Shown piece by piece: positions 56,416 through 64,000 of a stretch of DNA of 64,000 nucleotides. The DNA comes from Firmicutes bacterium UBA4881 (lineage in GTDB: Bacteria; Bacillota; DTU065). The position numbers and the translations under genes were made by a program. Under the pieces are notes generated by a model. It saw only the letters and a program-made list of their open reading frames with translations. It made no database searches and had not been told where the DNA came from. Numbering within the stretch: the first letter of the stretch is position 1; the number at the start of each line of letters is the position of its first letter. Location of the stretch: positions 97,366-161,365 of the forward strand of contig DHDH01000001.1 in assembly GCA_002399235.1 (NCBI GenBank). The letters are read 5' to 3'.

Positions 56416-57217
56416 GAAGAAAAATACTAATAGCGATGACTTTAGTTCAGCTCCAGCCTATATGACTACATGGGGCGACATGATGAGTTTGCTCCTATGT
56501 TTTTTCGTTTTACTTTATAGCTTTTCCTCAGTTGATGCCCAAAAGTTCAAAGCAATTTTAACTGCCTTCCAAGGGATGTCTGGAGTATTAGATAGTGGAC
56601 GTAGTATAACCCCAGATGGTACTATGACTGATCCTGCCGCAACTTTGTCAAGCTTAGTCGGTAGAGATGGAAGTTCCGAAGCCCAAGAATTAGAAATGTT
56701 AGCACTTAAGGTTTCTGAACTTTTAGAAGAAGAAGGATTTACAGATCAAGTGGAGTTAGGAATTGAAAACCGTGGTTTAATTATGCGATTTAAGGATGTA
56801 GTATTATTTGATTTAGGTTCTGATGAACTAAAGGAAGAACCTAAAGTTCTGCTGAAAAAGCTAAGTAAGATCTTAGAACAGGTCCCTCTGCCGATTAGAA
56901 TTGAAGGTCATACTGATAACTTACCAATTAAAAATCTTAGGTTTCCCTCTAACTGGGAACTCTCAGTTGCTAGAGCGACAAAAGTAGTTCGTTACCTAAT
57001 TGAAGAAGGTTCTTTACCACCTGATAGGTTGTCAGCATTAGGTTTTGGCGAATATCGTCCTATCGCACCTAATAACTCAGTTGACGAAAGAGCAAAAAAC
57101 CGACGTGTAGATATTGTGGTACTAAGGCCTTCATTAGCAGAGAGCGAACCAGGAACGCCTTGGCTTAATGAATTAAGTAAAATCTACAAGGCTATACCTG
57201 CAGGAGAGGATGAGTAA
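56405..57217 (+). CDS. motB: Flagellar motor stator protein MotB
   Basis: Single TM segment with a C-terminal OmpA-like peptidoglycan-binding domain (NRRVDIVV). Confidence 0.85.
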   Translation: MLRKKKNTNSDDFSSAPAYMTTWGDMMSLLLCFFVLLYSFSSVDAQKFKAILTAFQGMSGVLDSGRSITPDGTMTDPAATLSSLVGRDGSSEAQELEMLALKVSELLEEEGFTDQVELGIENRGLIMRFKDVVLFDLGSDELKEEPKVLLKKLSKILEQVPLPIRIEGHTDNLPIKNLRFPSNWELSVARATKVVRYLIEEGSLPPDRLSALGFGEYRPIAPNNSVDERAKNRRVDIVVLRPSLAESEPGTPWLNELSKIYKAIPAGEDE

Positions 57218-57680
57218 TATGGCAGAAAAAGGCAAAATTGTAGTTGATGCAAAATTTGTCATTTTCTTAATTGCACTAGTGATCATAGCAACATCTGGTA
57301 GTGCATTGTTAACTAACCGATTATTTGCTAATTCCGCTGGAGGACTGGTGCAAGTAAAAACAATTCCCGAATTTGGCCCTCGAGTTGAATTAGATACTGT
57401 TGTTGTTAATCTTTTTTCTGAGAATTCACGTGCTAGCCGCTACCTTCGTGTTAAAATCGTTATGGAATTAAAAGATGATAAAGCGATAAAGGAATTAGAT
57501 AAGTTTAAACCAATACTACAAGACAAAATAATCTCGATTTTAAGAGATAAAAGTGCTGAGGAATTAAATGGAGGAGATTCTCAGGTTAAGCTAAGCCAAG
57601 AGATTCGTAGTGCCTTCAACAATATTTTGCCTGGAGCACCTGTTATTAGCATTTATTTTGTTGAGTTTATCATTTCATAA
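57210..57680 (+). CDS. fliL: Flagellar basal body-associated protein FliL
   Basis: N-terminal TM segment, about 150 aa, preceding fliM. Confidence 0.7.
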   Translation: MSNMAEKGKIVVDAKFVIFLIALVIIATSGSALLTNRLFANSAGGLVQVKTIPEFGPRVELDTVVVNLFSENSRASRYLRVKIVMELKDDKAIKELDKFKPILQDKIISILRDKSAEELNGGDSQVKLSQEIRSAFNNILPGAPVISIYFVEFIIS

Positions 57681-57708
57681 CAATAATTTTGACAGGAGGT
57701 GAGCTAAT

Positions 57709-58680
57709 TTGGCGGAAATACTTTCGCAAAAAGAATTAGATGCATTACTCTCCGGAGTTAGTAGAACAGTTAAGGGTGAGGGAAAGAAAATCAAACGATA
57801 TGATTTCAAACACCCTGACAAGTTTTCTAAAGATCATATCAGGACCTTGCAAATGCTTCATGAGAATCTCGCCAGGCTCTGGTCTTCCTCAATGTCAGCT
57901 CACCTAAGAGGGTCTGTTCAGGTTGAAGTGATCTCCATTGAGCAGGTAAGTTACGAAGAATTTATTAAGCAACTACCGAATCCAACAATTATGGCCACAA
58001 TAGCTCTACAACCTTTGCCAGGTATGATGGTATGGGAAATTAATCCAGATATTGGGTTAAGTATCGTAGAGCGTTTACTAGGTGGCAGTGGCGATACCGA
58101 ACAATTTCGTCGCGAATTAACTGAAATTGAGCTTACAGTTATTCGCAATACACTTAGTAAAATGACCAATGATATTCGTTCAGCCTGGAGCAATGTATTA
58201 AGTATTAGTCCAGAATTAACTTCAATCGAAGTTAATCCTCAATTTTGTCATGTAGCACCACCTACTGAGATGGTTATCTTGGTAGGGATAGAGATGAAAT
58301 TGAACCGGAAAACCGGGCATATGAATATTTGTCTTCCTTATAATTTACTGGAAGTGGCTCTGCCAAGGTTAAGTGCTCAATATTGGTTTGCAAGTGGCGA
58401 ACAAGGTAATGACGAAAAGTCCAAAGAAAAAATAAAAAACCTTTTGGAACCAACTTATCTTCCCCTTCATGTGGAGTTAGGTGAAACCCTACTTACAGTA
58501 GGAGATGTGTTGGAGCTTGAAGAGGGAGATGTAATTAGGTTATCGACAAAAGCAAATAATGATTTGAAAATAAAAATGAATAATCAGGTTCGGTTTATGG
58601 GAAGGCCTGGTTTGGTTGGTAAAAGGTTGGGCGTAGAAATAACCAAGGCCTGTTCTAATAGGGGTGAGACAGATGAGTGA
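57709..58680 (+). CDS. fliM: Flagellar motor switch protein FliM
   Basis: N-terminal CheY-P-binding peptide (LSQKELDALLSG) and the FliM middle domain. Confidence 0.9.
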   Translation: MAEILSQKELDALLSGVSRTVKGEGKKIKRYDFKHPDKFSKDHIRTLQMLHENLARLWSSSMSAHLRGSVQVEVISIEQVSYEEFIKQLPNPTIMATIALQPLPGMMVWEINPDIGLSIVERLLGGSGDTEQFRRELTEIELTVIRNTLSKMTNDIRSAWSNVLSISPELTSIEVNPQFCHVAPPTEMVILVGIEMKLNRKTGHMNICLPYNLLEVALPRLSAQYWFASGEQGNDEKSKEKIKNLLEPTYLPLHVELGETLLTVGDVLELEEGDVIRLSTKANNDLKIKMNNQVRFMGRPGLVGKRLGVEITKACSNRGETDE

Positions 58681-59722
58681 ACGGATGTTGTCACAAGATG
58701 AAATAGATTCTCTAGTCAAAGAAAAACCTTCATCTTCTCCAAATGTAGAAATAAATACAAATGTTGTTCCCCCCAAAGCATTAGCTCTGTTTGATTACCT
58801 AGAGCCCAAACTAGGCGAAACAATTGCTTTGCTTACTGGAGTAGAAGCTACTACCAGAAAATACCAAGCCCAGGTACAACCAGCTGTACAGATCGAAAAT
58901 TCTCGACTTTTAATTAGCTTAGGTAATATTAATGATGGTCAAGATATTATCTTTTTTATGGAAGAAACTGTAGGGAAACAACTTCTTGGTAAGGTCTCCG
59001 AAGTACCTGGTGTTGATAATATCTGGAATGATAATAACATCGCGATTTTGGGTCGAGTGTTTGAAGCTTTAGCAACTGATATAGCTAAAGGCATTTCGAC
59101 ATTAGTTGGCAAACATTACGGTTTAGCGGTAGCCTTACCTAATGGGCTAAGTGGATTACAAGACTTTTTGAATATGACCAAAGAGTATCTTATTTTTGAG
59201 TACTCATTAGTATGGGAAGGAAGCGAGGTGGGCACTTTGGGATTTATAGTAGATAATAGTGAAGCCAATCACATCTTTACAATGATGGAAGAGAAAGTAG
59301 ACGAAGTAACCCCGAGTATTGATGAACTAATCGAGAGTATGGATGAACAAGATGATGTTTTATCCCACTTTATTGATGCAGAAGAAGAACAAAGTGATGT
59401 AGTGGTTAAACCTGTTCATTTTGCACCACTTGGAGGTAGCGATGTTAAACTAGCAGGTGATGATCCCAATCTAGATATTATAATCGACCTACCAGTTACC
59501 TTAACTGTTGAGCTAGGTAGAACTCATAAAACCCTCAAAGATATTCTCAACTTAAAGCCAGGTTCTGTAGTTGAATTAGAAAGACTTGCTGGCGAACCAG
59601 TTGATGTTTTAGCGAATGGTGTCTTTATAGCTAAAGGAGAAGTTGTTGTTATTGATGAAACCTTTGGTGTGAAAATAACAGAGATCGCTAGTAAAGACCA
59701 ACGCATGAATAAAATTAAATAA
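58664..59722 (+). CDS. fliY: Flagellar motor switch protein FliY (CheC-like domain plus FliN domain)
   Basis: N-terminal LSQDEIDSLV peptide, a CheC-like middle domain, and a C-terminal FliN/SpoA domain (TLTVELGRTHKTLKDILNL..GEPVDVLANG). Confidence 0.85.
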   Translation: MRQMSERMLSQDEIDSLVKEKPSSSPNVEINTNVVPPKALALFDYLEPKLGETIALLTGVEATTRKYQAQVQPAVQIENSRLLISLGNINDGQDIIFFMEETVGKQLLGKVSEVPGVDNIWNDNNIAILGRVFEALATDIAKGISTLVGKHYGLAVALPNGLSGLQDFLNMTKEYLIFEYSLVWEGSEVGTLGFIVDNSEANHIFTMMEEKVDEVTPSIDELIESMDEQDDVLSHFIDAEEEQSDVVVKPVHFAPLGGSDVKLAGDDPNLDIIIDLPVTLTVELGRTHKTLKDILNLKPGSVVELERLAGEPVDVLANGVFIAKGEVVVIDETFGVKITEIASKDQRMNKIK

Positions 59723-59728
59723 GAGGGG

Positions 59729-60031
59729 ATGAACGTGGACTGGACTTTTACCCTCAAATGGATTTTTTCAACTATTGGTGTTTTAGGTTTAGTTTATCTG
59801 GCATTTTACTTGAGTAACAAAAATATCAAACGTAAGGGACGCGATTTAGAAATTCTCGAAGGCTTACCTCTGGGAAGCAAGCAAGGTATTTATTTGGTAA
59901 GAGCACGCGACCGCATCTTGGTTATTGGCATAACGGCAAGTGGCATGCAAGTGTTAACTGAGTTTGCCAATGATTCGCTAAAAAAAGACGAGGCCATAGC
60001 CGTGACAAAGGAAGGAAATTCTAGTGAATAA
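59729..60031 (+). CDS. fliO: Flagellar biosynthesis protein FliO/FliZ
   Basis: Single TM segment, about 100 aa, immediately before fliP. Confidence 0.6.
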   Translation: MNVDWTFTLKWIFSTIGVLGLVYLAFYLSNKNIKRKGRDLEILEGLPLGSKQGIYLVRARDRILVIGITASGMQVLTEFANDSLKKDEAIAVTKEGNSSE

Positions 60032-60785
60032 AAATTGGTCTATAATGTTTAGCCTGCTTTTACTTTTATTCGTTTGTACAATATCAGTGCAAGCCGCGCC
60101 AGAGACGATTCCGATACCTTCTCTAAAACTTGATGTAGGTCAAGCTAAAGGTCCTGAAGATGTTGCAGTTACTTTACAATTAATTGCGCTTTTAACTCTA
60201 CTATCCTTGGCACCGTCACTATTAATTTTAACTACTGCTTTTACAAGAATAATTATCGTCTTATCTTTACTACGTAACGCTATAGGTACACAACAGGTGC
60301 CTCCTAACCAAGTAATAATCGGTTTGGCTCTCTTTTTGACCTTCTTTGTTATGGCACCTGTTTTAAATAACATTAATACTAATGCATTACAGCCTTATCT
60401 AAAAGAAGAAATCTCTTTTAACGAAGCTTTACAAAAAGCCATGTTACCACTAAGGGAATATATGAGAAACCAAACTAGAGAGAGCGATTTAAAACTCTTT
60501 TTAGAGATGCATGGAGAATCGCAGGTTAGTGATGCCGAAGCTATTCCTGATTATGTATTAATGCCAGCTTATCTTATTAGTGAATTAAAAACTGCCTTCC
60601 AAATGGGTTTTATACTTTTTATCCCGTTTATTGTTATCGATATGGTGGTTGCCAGTATTTTGATGTCCATGGGTATGTTGATGCTACCACCTGTAATGAT
60701 CTCGTTACCATTTAAAATATTACTGTTTGTGATGGTAGACGGCTGGAGTTTGGTTACTCGTTCTTTGGTTCTTAGCTTCAGATAG
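60024..60785 (+). CDS. fliP: Flagellar export apparatus protein FliP
   Basis: Signal peptide and the conserved FliP TM core (AFTRIIIVLSLLRNA..). Confidence 0.9.
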   Translation: MNKNWSIMFSLLLLLFVCTISVQAAPETIPIPSLKLDVGQAKGPEDVAVTLQLIALLTLLSLAPSLLILTTAFTRIIIVLSLLRNAIGTQQVPPNQVIIGLALFLTFFVMAPVLNNINTNALQPYLKEEISFNEALQKAMLPLREYMRNQTRESDLKLFLEMHGESQVSDAEAIPDYVLMPAYLISELKTAFQMGFILFIPFIVIDMVVASILMSMGMLMLPPVMISLPFKILLFVMVDGWSLVTRSLVLSFR

Positions 60786-60796
60786 GAGAATGTACC

Positions 60797-61066
60797 ATGA
60801 GTGAAGCTTTAATAATTGATATTGGCCGAGATGCTGTGCTAACAGCGCTTTTAATATCTGCTCCTGCTCTTATAATTGGTATGGTAGTTGGTTTAGTTAT
60901 TAGCATCTTTCAAGCTACGACCCAAATTCAAGAGCAGACTTTAACATTTGTACCTAAAGTTGTCGCGATATTGTTATCTATAGTTATCTTTGGCCCCTGG
61001 ATGTTGCAGGTTGTAAAAGCTTTTGCTGAGAGATTATTATTTGACCTGCACACTTTCATTGGTTAG
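60797..61066 (+). CDS. fliQ: Flagellar export apparatus protein FliQ
   Basis: 89 aa with two TM segments and a FliQ pattern. Confidence 0.9.
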   Translation: MSEALIIDIGRDAVLTALLISAPALIIGMVVGLVISIFQATTQIQEQTLTFVPKVVAILLSIVIFGPWMLQVVKAFAERLLFDLHTFIG

Positions 61067-61076
61067 GTGAAGCATT

Positions 61077-61859
61077 ATGTATGAACAATTAGTACAGGTT
61101 GGTGCTTCTATCTTGATCACAATGGCTAGAGTTGGAGGCGTAATTGCTGCTACACCATTGTTTTCCAGCCCAAACCTACCTGGGGTATTTAAAATAGGCC
61201 TTATTCTTGGTCTGTCTTTTCTTCTCTATCCCTTAGTAGGAGTAAGTAGTTCAGTTTTGTCCCTCTCCTTGCTCAGCTTGGCTGGGCTTCTTTTTAAGGA
61301 AGTTATAGCTGGTTTGTTCTTTGGCGCTATAACTTTTATGTTTTTCAGCATCTTTCAAACAGCTGGGCAGCTGATCGATGTCCCTATGGGTTTTGGCGTG
61401 GTAAACTTTCTCGATCCTAATATGGGTGGACAAGTGCCACTTATGGGTAGGTTCCATTTTACCCTCACTGTACTTACATTTTTAACTTTAAATGGTCATC
61501 ACTTAATTATTAAAGCCTTAGCTGAAACCTATAAACTTGTTCCAGTAGGCGAACTAGTTTTGAATCCTTATAGTGTGGAACATTTTGTTTATTGGCTTAG
61601 TCAAACATTTTATATCTCTGTCCAATTAGCAATGCCTGTTATTGCAGCTATGTTACTTGTTGACGTAAGCCTTGGCCTTTTAAACCGAGCTGTTCCGCAA
61701 ATAAATGTCTTTATCATAGGCTTCTCAGTGAAAATTGCTTTAGGTATGGCCTTAGTAGCTTTAGGATTGCCTTTTTATTTGGAACTAGTGAATAGATTAT
61801 TTACAGCTAATGGTAAGCTCATGGAGGCAATATTTGGTCTTTTAAAGACTCTGAGGTAG
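61077..61859 (+). CDS. fliR: Flagellar export apparatus protein FliR
   Basis: 260 aa polytopic membrane protein following fliQ. Confidence 0.85.
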   Translation: MYEQLVQVGASILITMARVGGVIAATPLFSSPNLPGVFKIGLILGLSFLLYPLVGVSSSVLSLSLLSLAGLLFKEVIAGLFFGAITFMFFSIFQTAGQLIDVPMGFGVVNFLDPNMGGQVPLMGRFHFTLTVLTFLTLNGHHLIIKALAETYKLVPVGELVLNPYSVEHFVYWLSQTFYISVQLAMPVIAAMLLVDVSLGLLNRAVPQINVFIIGFSVKIALGMALVALGLPFYLELVNRLFTANGKLMEAIFGLLKTLR

Positions 61860-61870
61860 GTGGTAGGAGG

Positions 61871-62968
61871 TTGGAGAGTTTATCTAGAGGTATTATTCAA
61901 ATTAACCTTCAATTCTTTGCAGGTGAAAAGACTGAACCAGCTACCCAGAAAAAACGCCAGGATGTACGTAAAAAAGGTCAAGTTTTTAAAAGCCAAGATC
62001 TAATTGTCTCTGCTTCAATTCTCCTAGGTTTTGGGCTCATACCAAAGTTATTAGTGCTAATCAGGGAAAGAGCACTAGCCTACATGGAAAGCTCACTTTC
62101 GATAGTTGCCAATAACGATTTAACAATCACTTTTGTTAGTCAACTAATGAGGGCTGGTATTTTAGAGATAGCTATCTATGCTATACCATTTATGCTAATA
62201 ATTGGTATGGGTGGAGCATTAGCAAGTGTAGTACAGACAGGACTACTACATGTACCAGATTTACTCAAACCAAAGTTTGAAAGGATTAATCCGTTAGAAG
62301 GGTTTAAAAGAATCTTCTCTAAAAAAGCGTTAGTCAATTTAATTAAATCGTTATTGAAGATCACTCTGATCGGTTACGCAGTTTACGGAGCTTTAAAAGA
62401 TAAGCTGACTCAGGTTTCAAGTTTAGGACAAACTAGTCTGCCCGATGCTTTTATACTTATTGTCGATATGATTTCTGCTGTTGGCATACGTATAGGACTT
62501 TTATTACTCGTAATTGGTCTCTTGGATTACTTTTATCAATGGTGGGAGTTTGAAGTTTCTATACGAATGAGTAAACAAGAGATTAAAGAAGAGTTCAAAC
62601 AAATGGAAGGTGACCCTTTAATCAAGTCACGTATTCGCTCACGGCAAAGGCAAATAGCGCAATCGAGGATGATGCAATCTGTACCTAAAGCTGATGTGAT
62701 TATTACTAACCCTACCCACGTAGCTGTTGCTTTAAGATATGAACCAGAAAAAGGAGCACCTGAGGTTTTAGCTAAAGGTCGAGGGCTCTTAGCTCAAAAA
62801 ATTAAAGAAATAGCTAGGGAAAATGAAGTGCCAATTGTCGAAAAACCAGAACTAGCTAGAACAATCTACAAGTTAGCTGATGTAGGTAGTTTAATTCCTC
62901 CAGAACTATATAAAGCAGTAGCTGAAGTATTAGCCTTTGTCTATAGTTTAAAGAAACGTAAAATCTAG
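61871..62968 (+). CDS. flhB: Flagellar export apparatus protein FlhB
   Basis: Four TM segments plus a cytoplasmic domain carrying the autocleavage NPTH motif (ITNPTHVAVAL). Confidence 0.9.
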   Translation: MESLSRGIIQINLQFFAGEKTEPATQKKRQDVRKKGQVFKSQDLIVSASILLGFGLIPKLLVLIRERALAYMESSLSIVANNDLTITFVSQLMRAGILEIAIYAIPFMLIIGMGGALASVVQTGLLHVPDLLKPKFERINPLEGFKRIFSKKALVNLIKSLLKITLIGYAVYGALKDKLTQVSSLGQTSLPDAFILIVDMISAVGIRIGLLLLVIGLLDYFYQWWEFEVSIRMSKQEIKEEFKQMEGDPLIKSRIRSRQRQIAQSRMMQSVPKADVIITNPTHVAVALRYEPEKGAPEVLAKGRGLLAQKIKEIARENEVPIVEKPELARTIYKLADVGSLIPPELYKAVAEVLAFVYSLKKRKI

Positions 62969-62983
62969 AAGGGAGGCCGAGAT

Positions 62984-64000
62984 ATGGATAAACAAAGTAC
63001 TTTTGTTAGTCGTCTAGCCCAAGCAAGTGATCTTATTGCGGTTTTAGGTATTCTTTTTATCGTTATTATGCTGATTATTCCTCTCTCACCTCTAGTATTA
63101 GACCTGCTTTTAGCAGTAAACATAAGCTTAGCAGTTCTAATTCTGCTTTTAACTATGAATGTATCTCGTTCCCTGGACTTCGCTATATTTCCTAGCCTCC
63201 TTTTAGTCATGACTCTGTTTAGATTGGCCTTGAACGTATCTTCTACTAGATTGATTCTTCTAGATGGCAATCCAGGTGAGATAATTAAAGCTTTTGGTAG
63301 TTTTGTGGTAGGTGGCAACCCTATTGTCGGTTTTATCATTTTTATTATCTTGGTTGTTATCCAGTTTGTGGTTATTACCAAAGGTGCCGAACGTGTAGCT
63401 GAAGTGGCTGCTCGTTTTACTCTTGATGCTATGCCAGGGAAACAGATGAGTATCGATGCTGATCTTAATGCTGGTCTAATTACAGATCAACAAGCAAGGG
63501 AAAGGCGCCGAAACATAGAAAGAGAAGCTGATTTTTACGGTGCTATGGATGGTGCTTCAAAATTTGTTAAAGGCGACGCTATAGCTGGTATTGTTATTAC
63601 AATTATCAACATCTTAGGTGGGTTACTAATCGGTATAGTTCAAAAGAATATGGACTTCTCGAAGGCATTAAATGTTTATACCCTTTTTACAGTTGGTGAT
63701 GGGTTGGTTTCTCAAATCCCAGCCCTTTTAATCTCTACGGCAATGGGTATCTTAGTAACTCGTGCTGCATCAGAAAGTAATTTGGGCCACGACTTAACCA
63801 AGCAGCTCTTTTCGCAACCTAAAGTACTTTATATCGCAGCTGGTCTTTTAGTTGTTTTAGGCTTAATTCCTGGTCTACCAACGATACCTTTTCTTCTAAT
63901 CGCTGCTTCTTTAGGAGGAATTGGTTATTTAACTAGTCGAACAGCTAAAGAAGAGACTGCCCAGTTAGCAGAAAAAGAAACTGCAGCTGAACTACAACAA
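62984..64000 (+). CDS. flhA: Flagellar export apparatus protein FlhA (5' partial, runs off the window)
   Basis: ATG 62984 with a GGGAGG RBS. The FlhA TM region and FHIPEP motifs are present. No stop codon before the window end. Confidence 0.9.
   Translation, partial: MDKQSTFVSRLAQASDLIAVLGILFIVIMLIIPLSPLVLDLLLAVNISLAVLILLLTMNVSRSLDFAIFPSLLLVMTLFRLALNVSSTRLILLDGNPGEIIKAFGSFVVGGNPIVGFIIFIILVVIQFVVITKGAERVAEVAARFTLDAMPGKQMSIDADLNAGLITDQQARERRRNIEREADFYGAMDGASKFVKGDAIAGIVITIINILGGLLIGIVQKNMDFSKALNVYTLFTVGDGLVSQIPALLISTAMGILVTRAASESNLGHDLTKQLFSQPKVLYIAAGLLVVLGLIPGLPTIPFLLIAASLGGIGYLTSRTAKEETAQLAEKETAAELQQ

Overview
This 64 kb window comes from a low-GC, endospore-forming Firmicute (Clostridia-like) chromosome; sporulation genes spoVS, spoIID, spmA/spmB and a SleB-type hydrolase are all present. 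Nearly everything is on the + strand, and three blocks stand out.

(1) Bases 1-24.9 kb are a conserved housekeeping block syntenic with Bacillus subtilis: spoVS, a SigH-like sigma factor, smc-ftsY-ylxM-ffh-rpsP-ylqC-rimM-trmD-rplS-rbgA-rnhB, an HD-GYP phosphodiesterase, a five-gene Liv-type branched-chain amino-acid ABC transporter, a CBS/ACT protein, and topA-xerC(codV)-hslV-hslU.

(2) Bases 24.9-44.4 kb are a roughly 19.5 kb heterogeneous accessory segment. It sits where B. subtilis has codY immediately before the fla/che operon. It contains a divergent arginase-fold protein, a caspase-domain lipoprotein with a lipid kinase, and an SOS-type mutagenesis cassette (a truncated ImuB-like Y-family protein plus a 929 aa DnaE2/ImuC-like PHP polymerase) next to a Firmicute LexA (Cheo) box. 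It also contains DJ-1/PfpI, a CobW/COG0523-like NTPase that lacks the CxCC motif, SpoIID, a sugar-phosphate isomerase, a LysM-SleB hydrolase, SpmA/SpmB, and a DUF151 nuclease. The most striking element is a class II (B12-dependent) ribonucleotide reductase gene, nrdJ, split into three exons by two related group II introns. Intron 1 carries a maturase-only (domain X, no RT) ORF. Intron 2 is ORF-less.

(3) Bases 44.4-64 kb are the start of a Clostridial-type flagellar operon, flgB through a partial flhA.

No rRNA, tRNA or CRISPR arrays were seen. All calls rest on reading the translated ORFs for conserved motifs, not on database searches.
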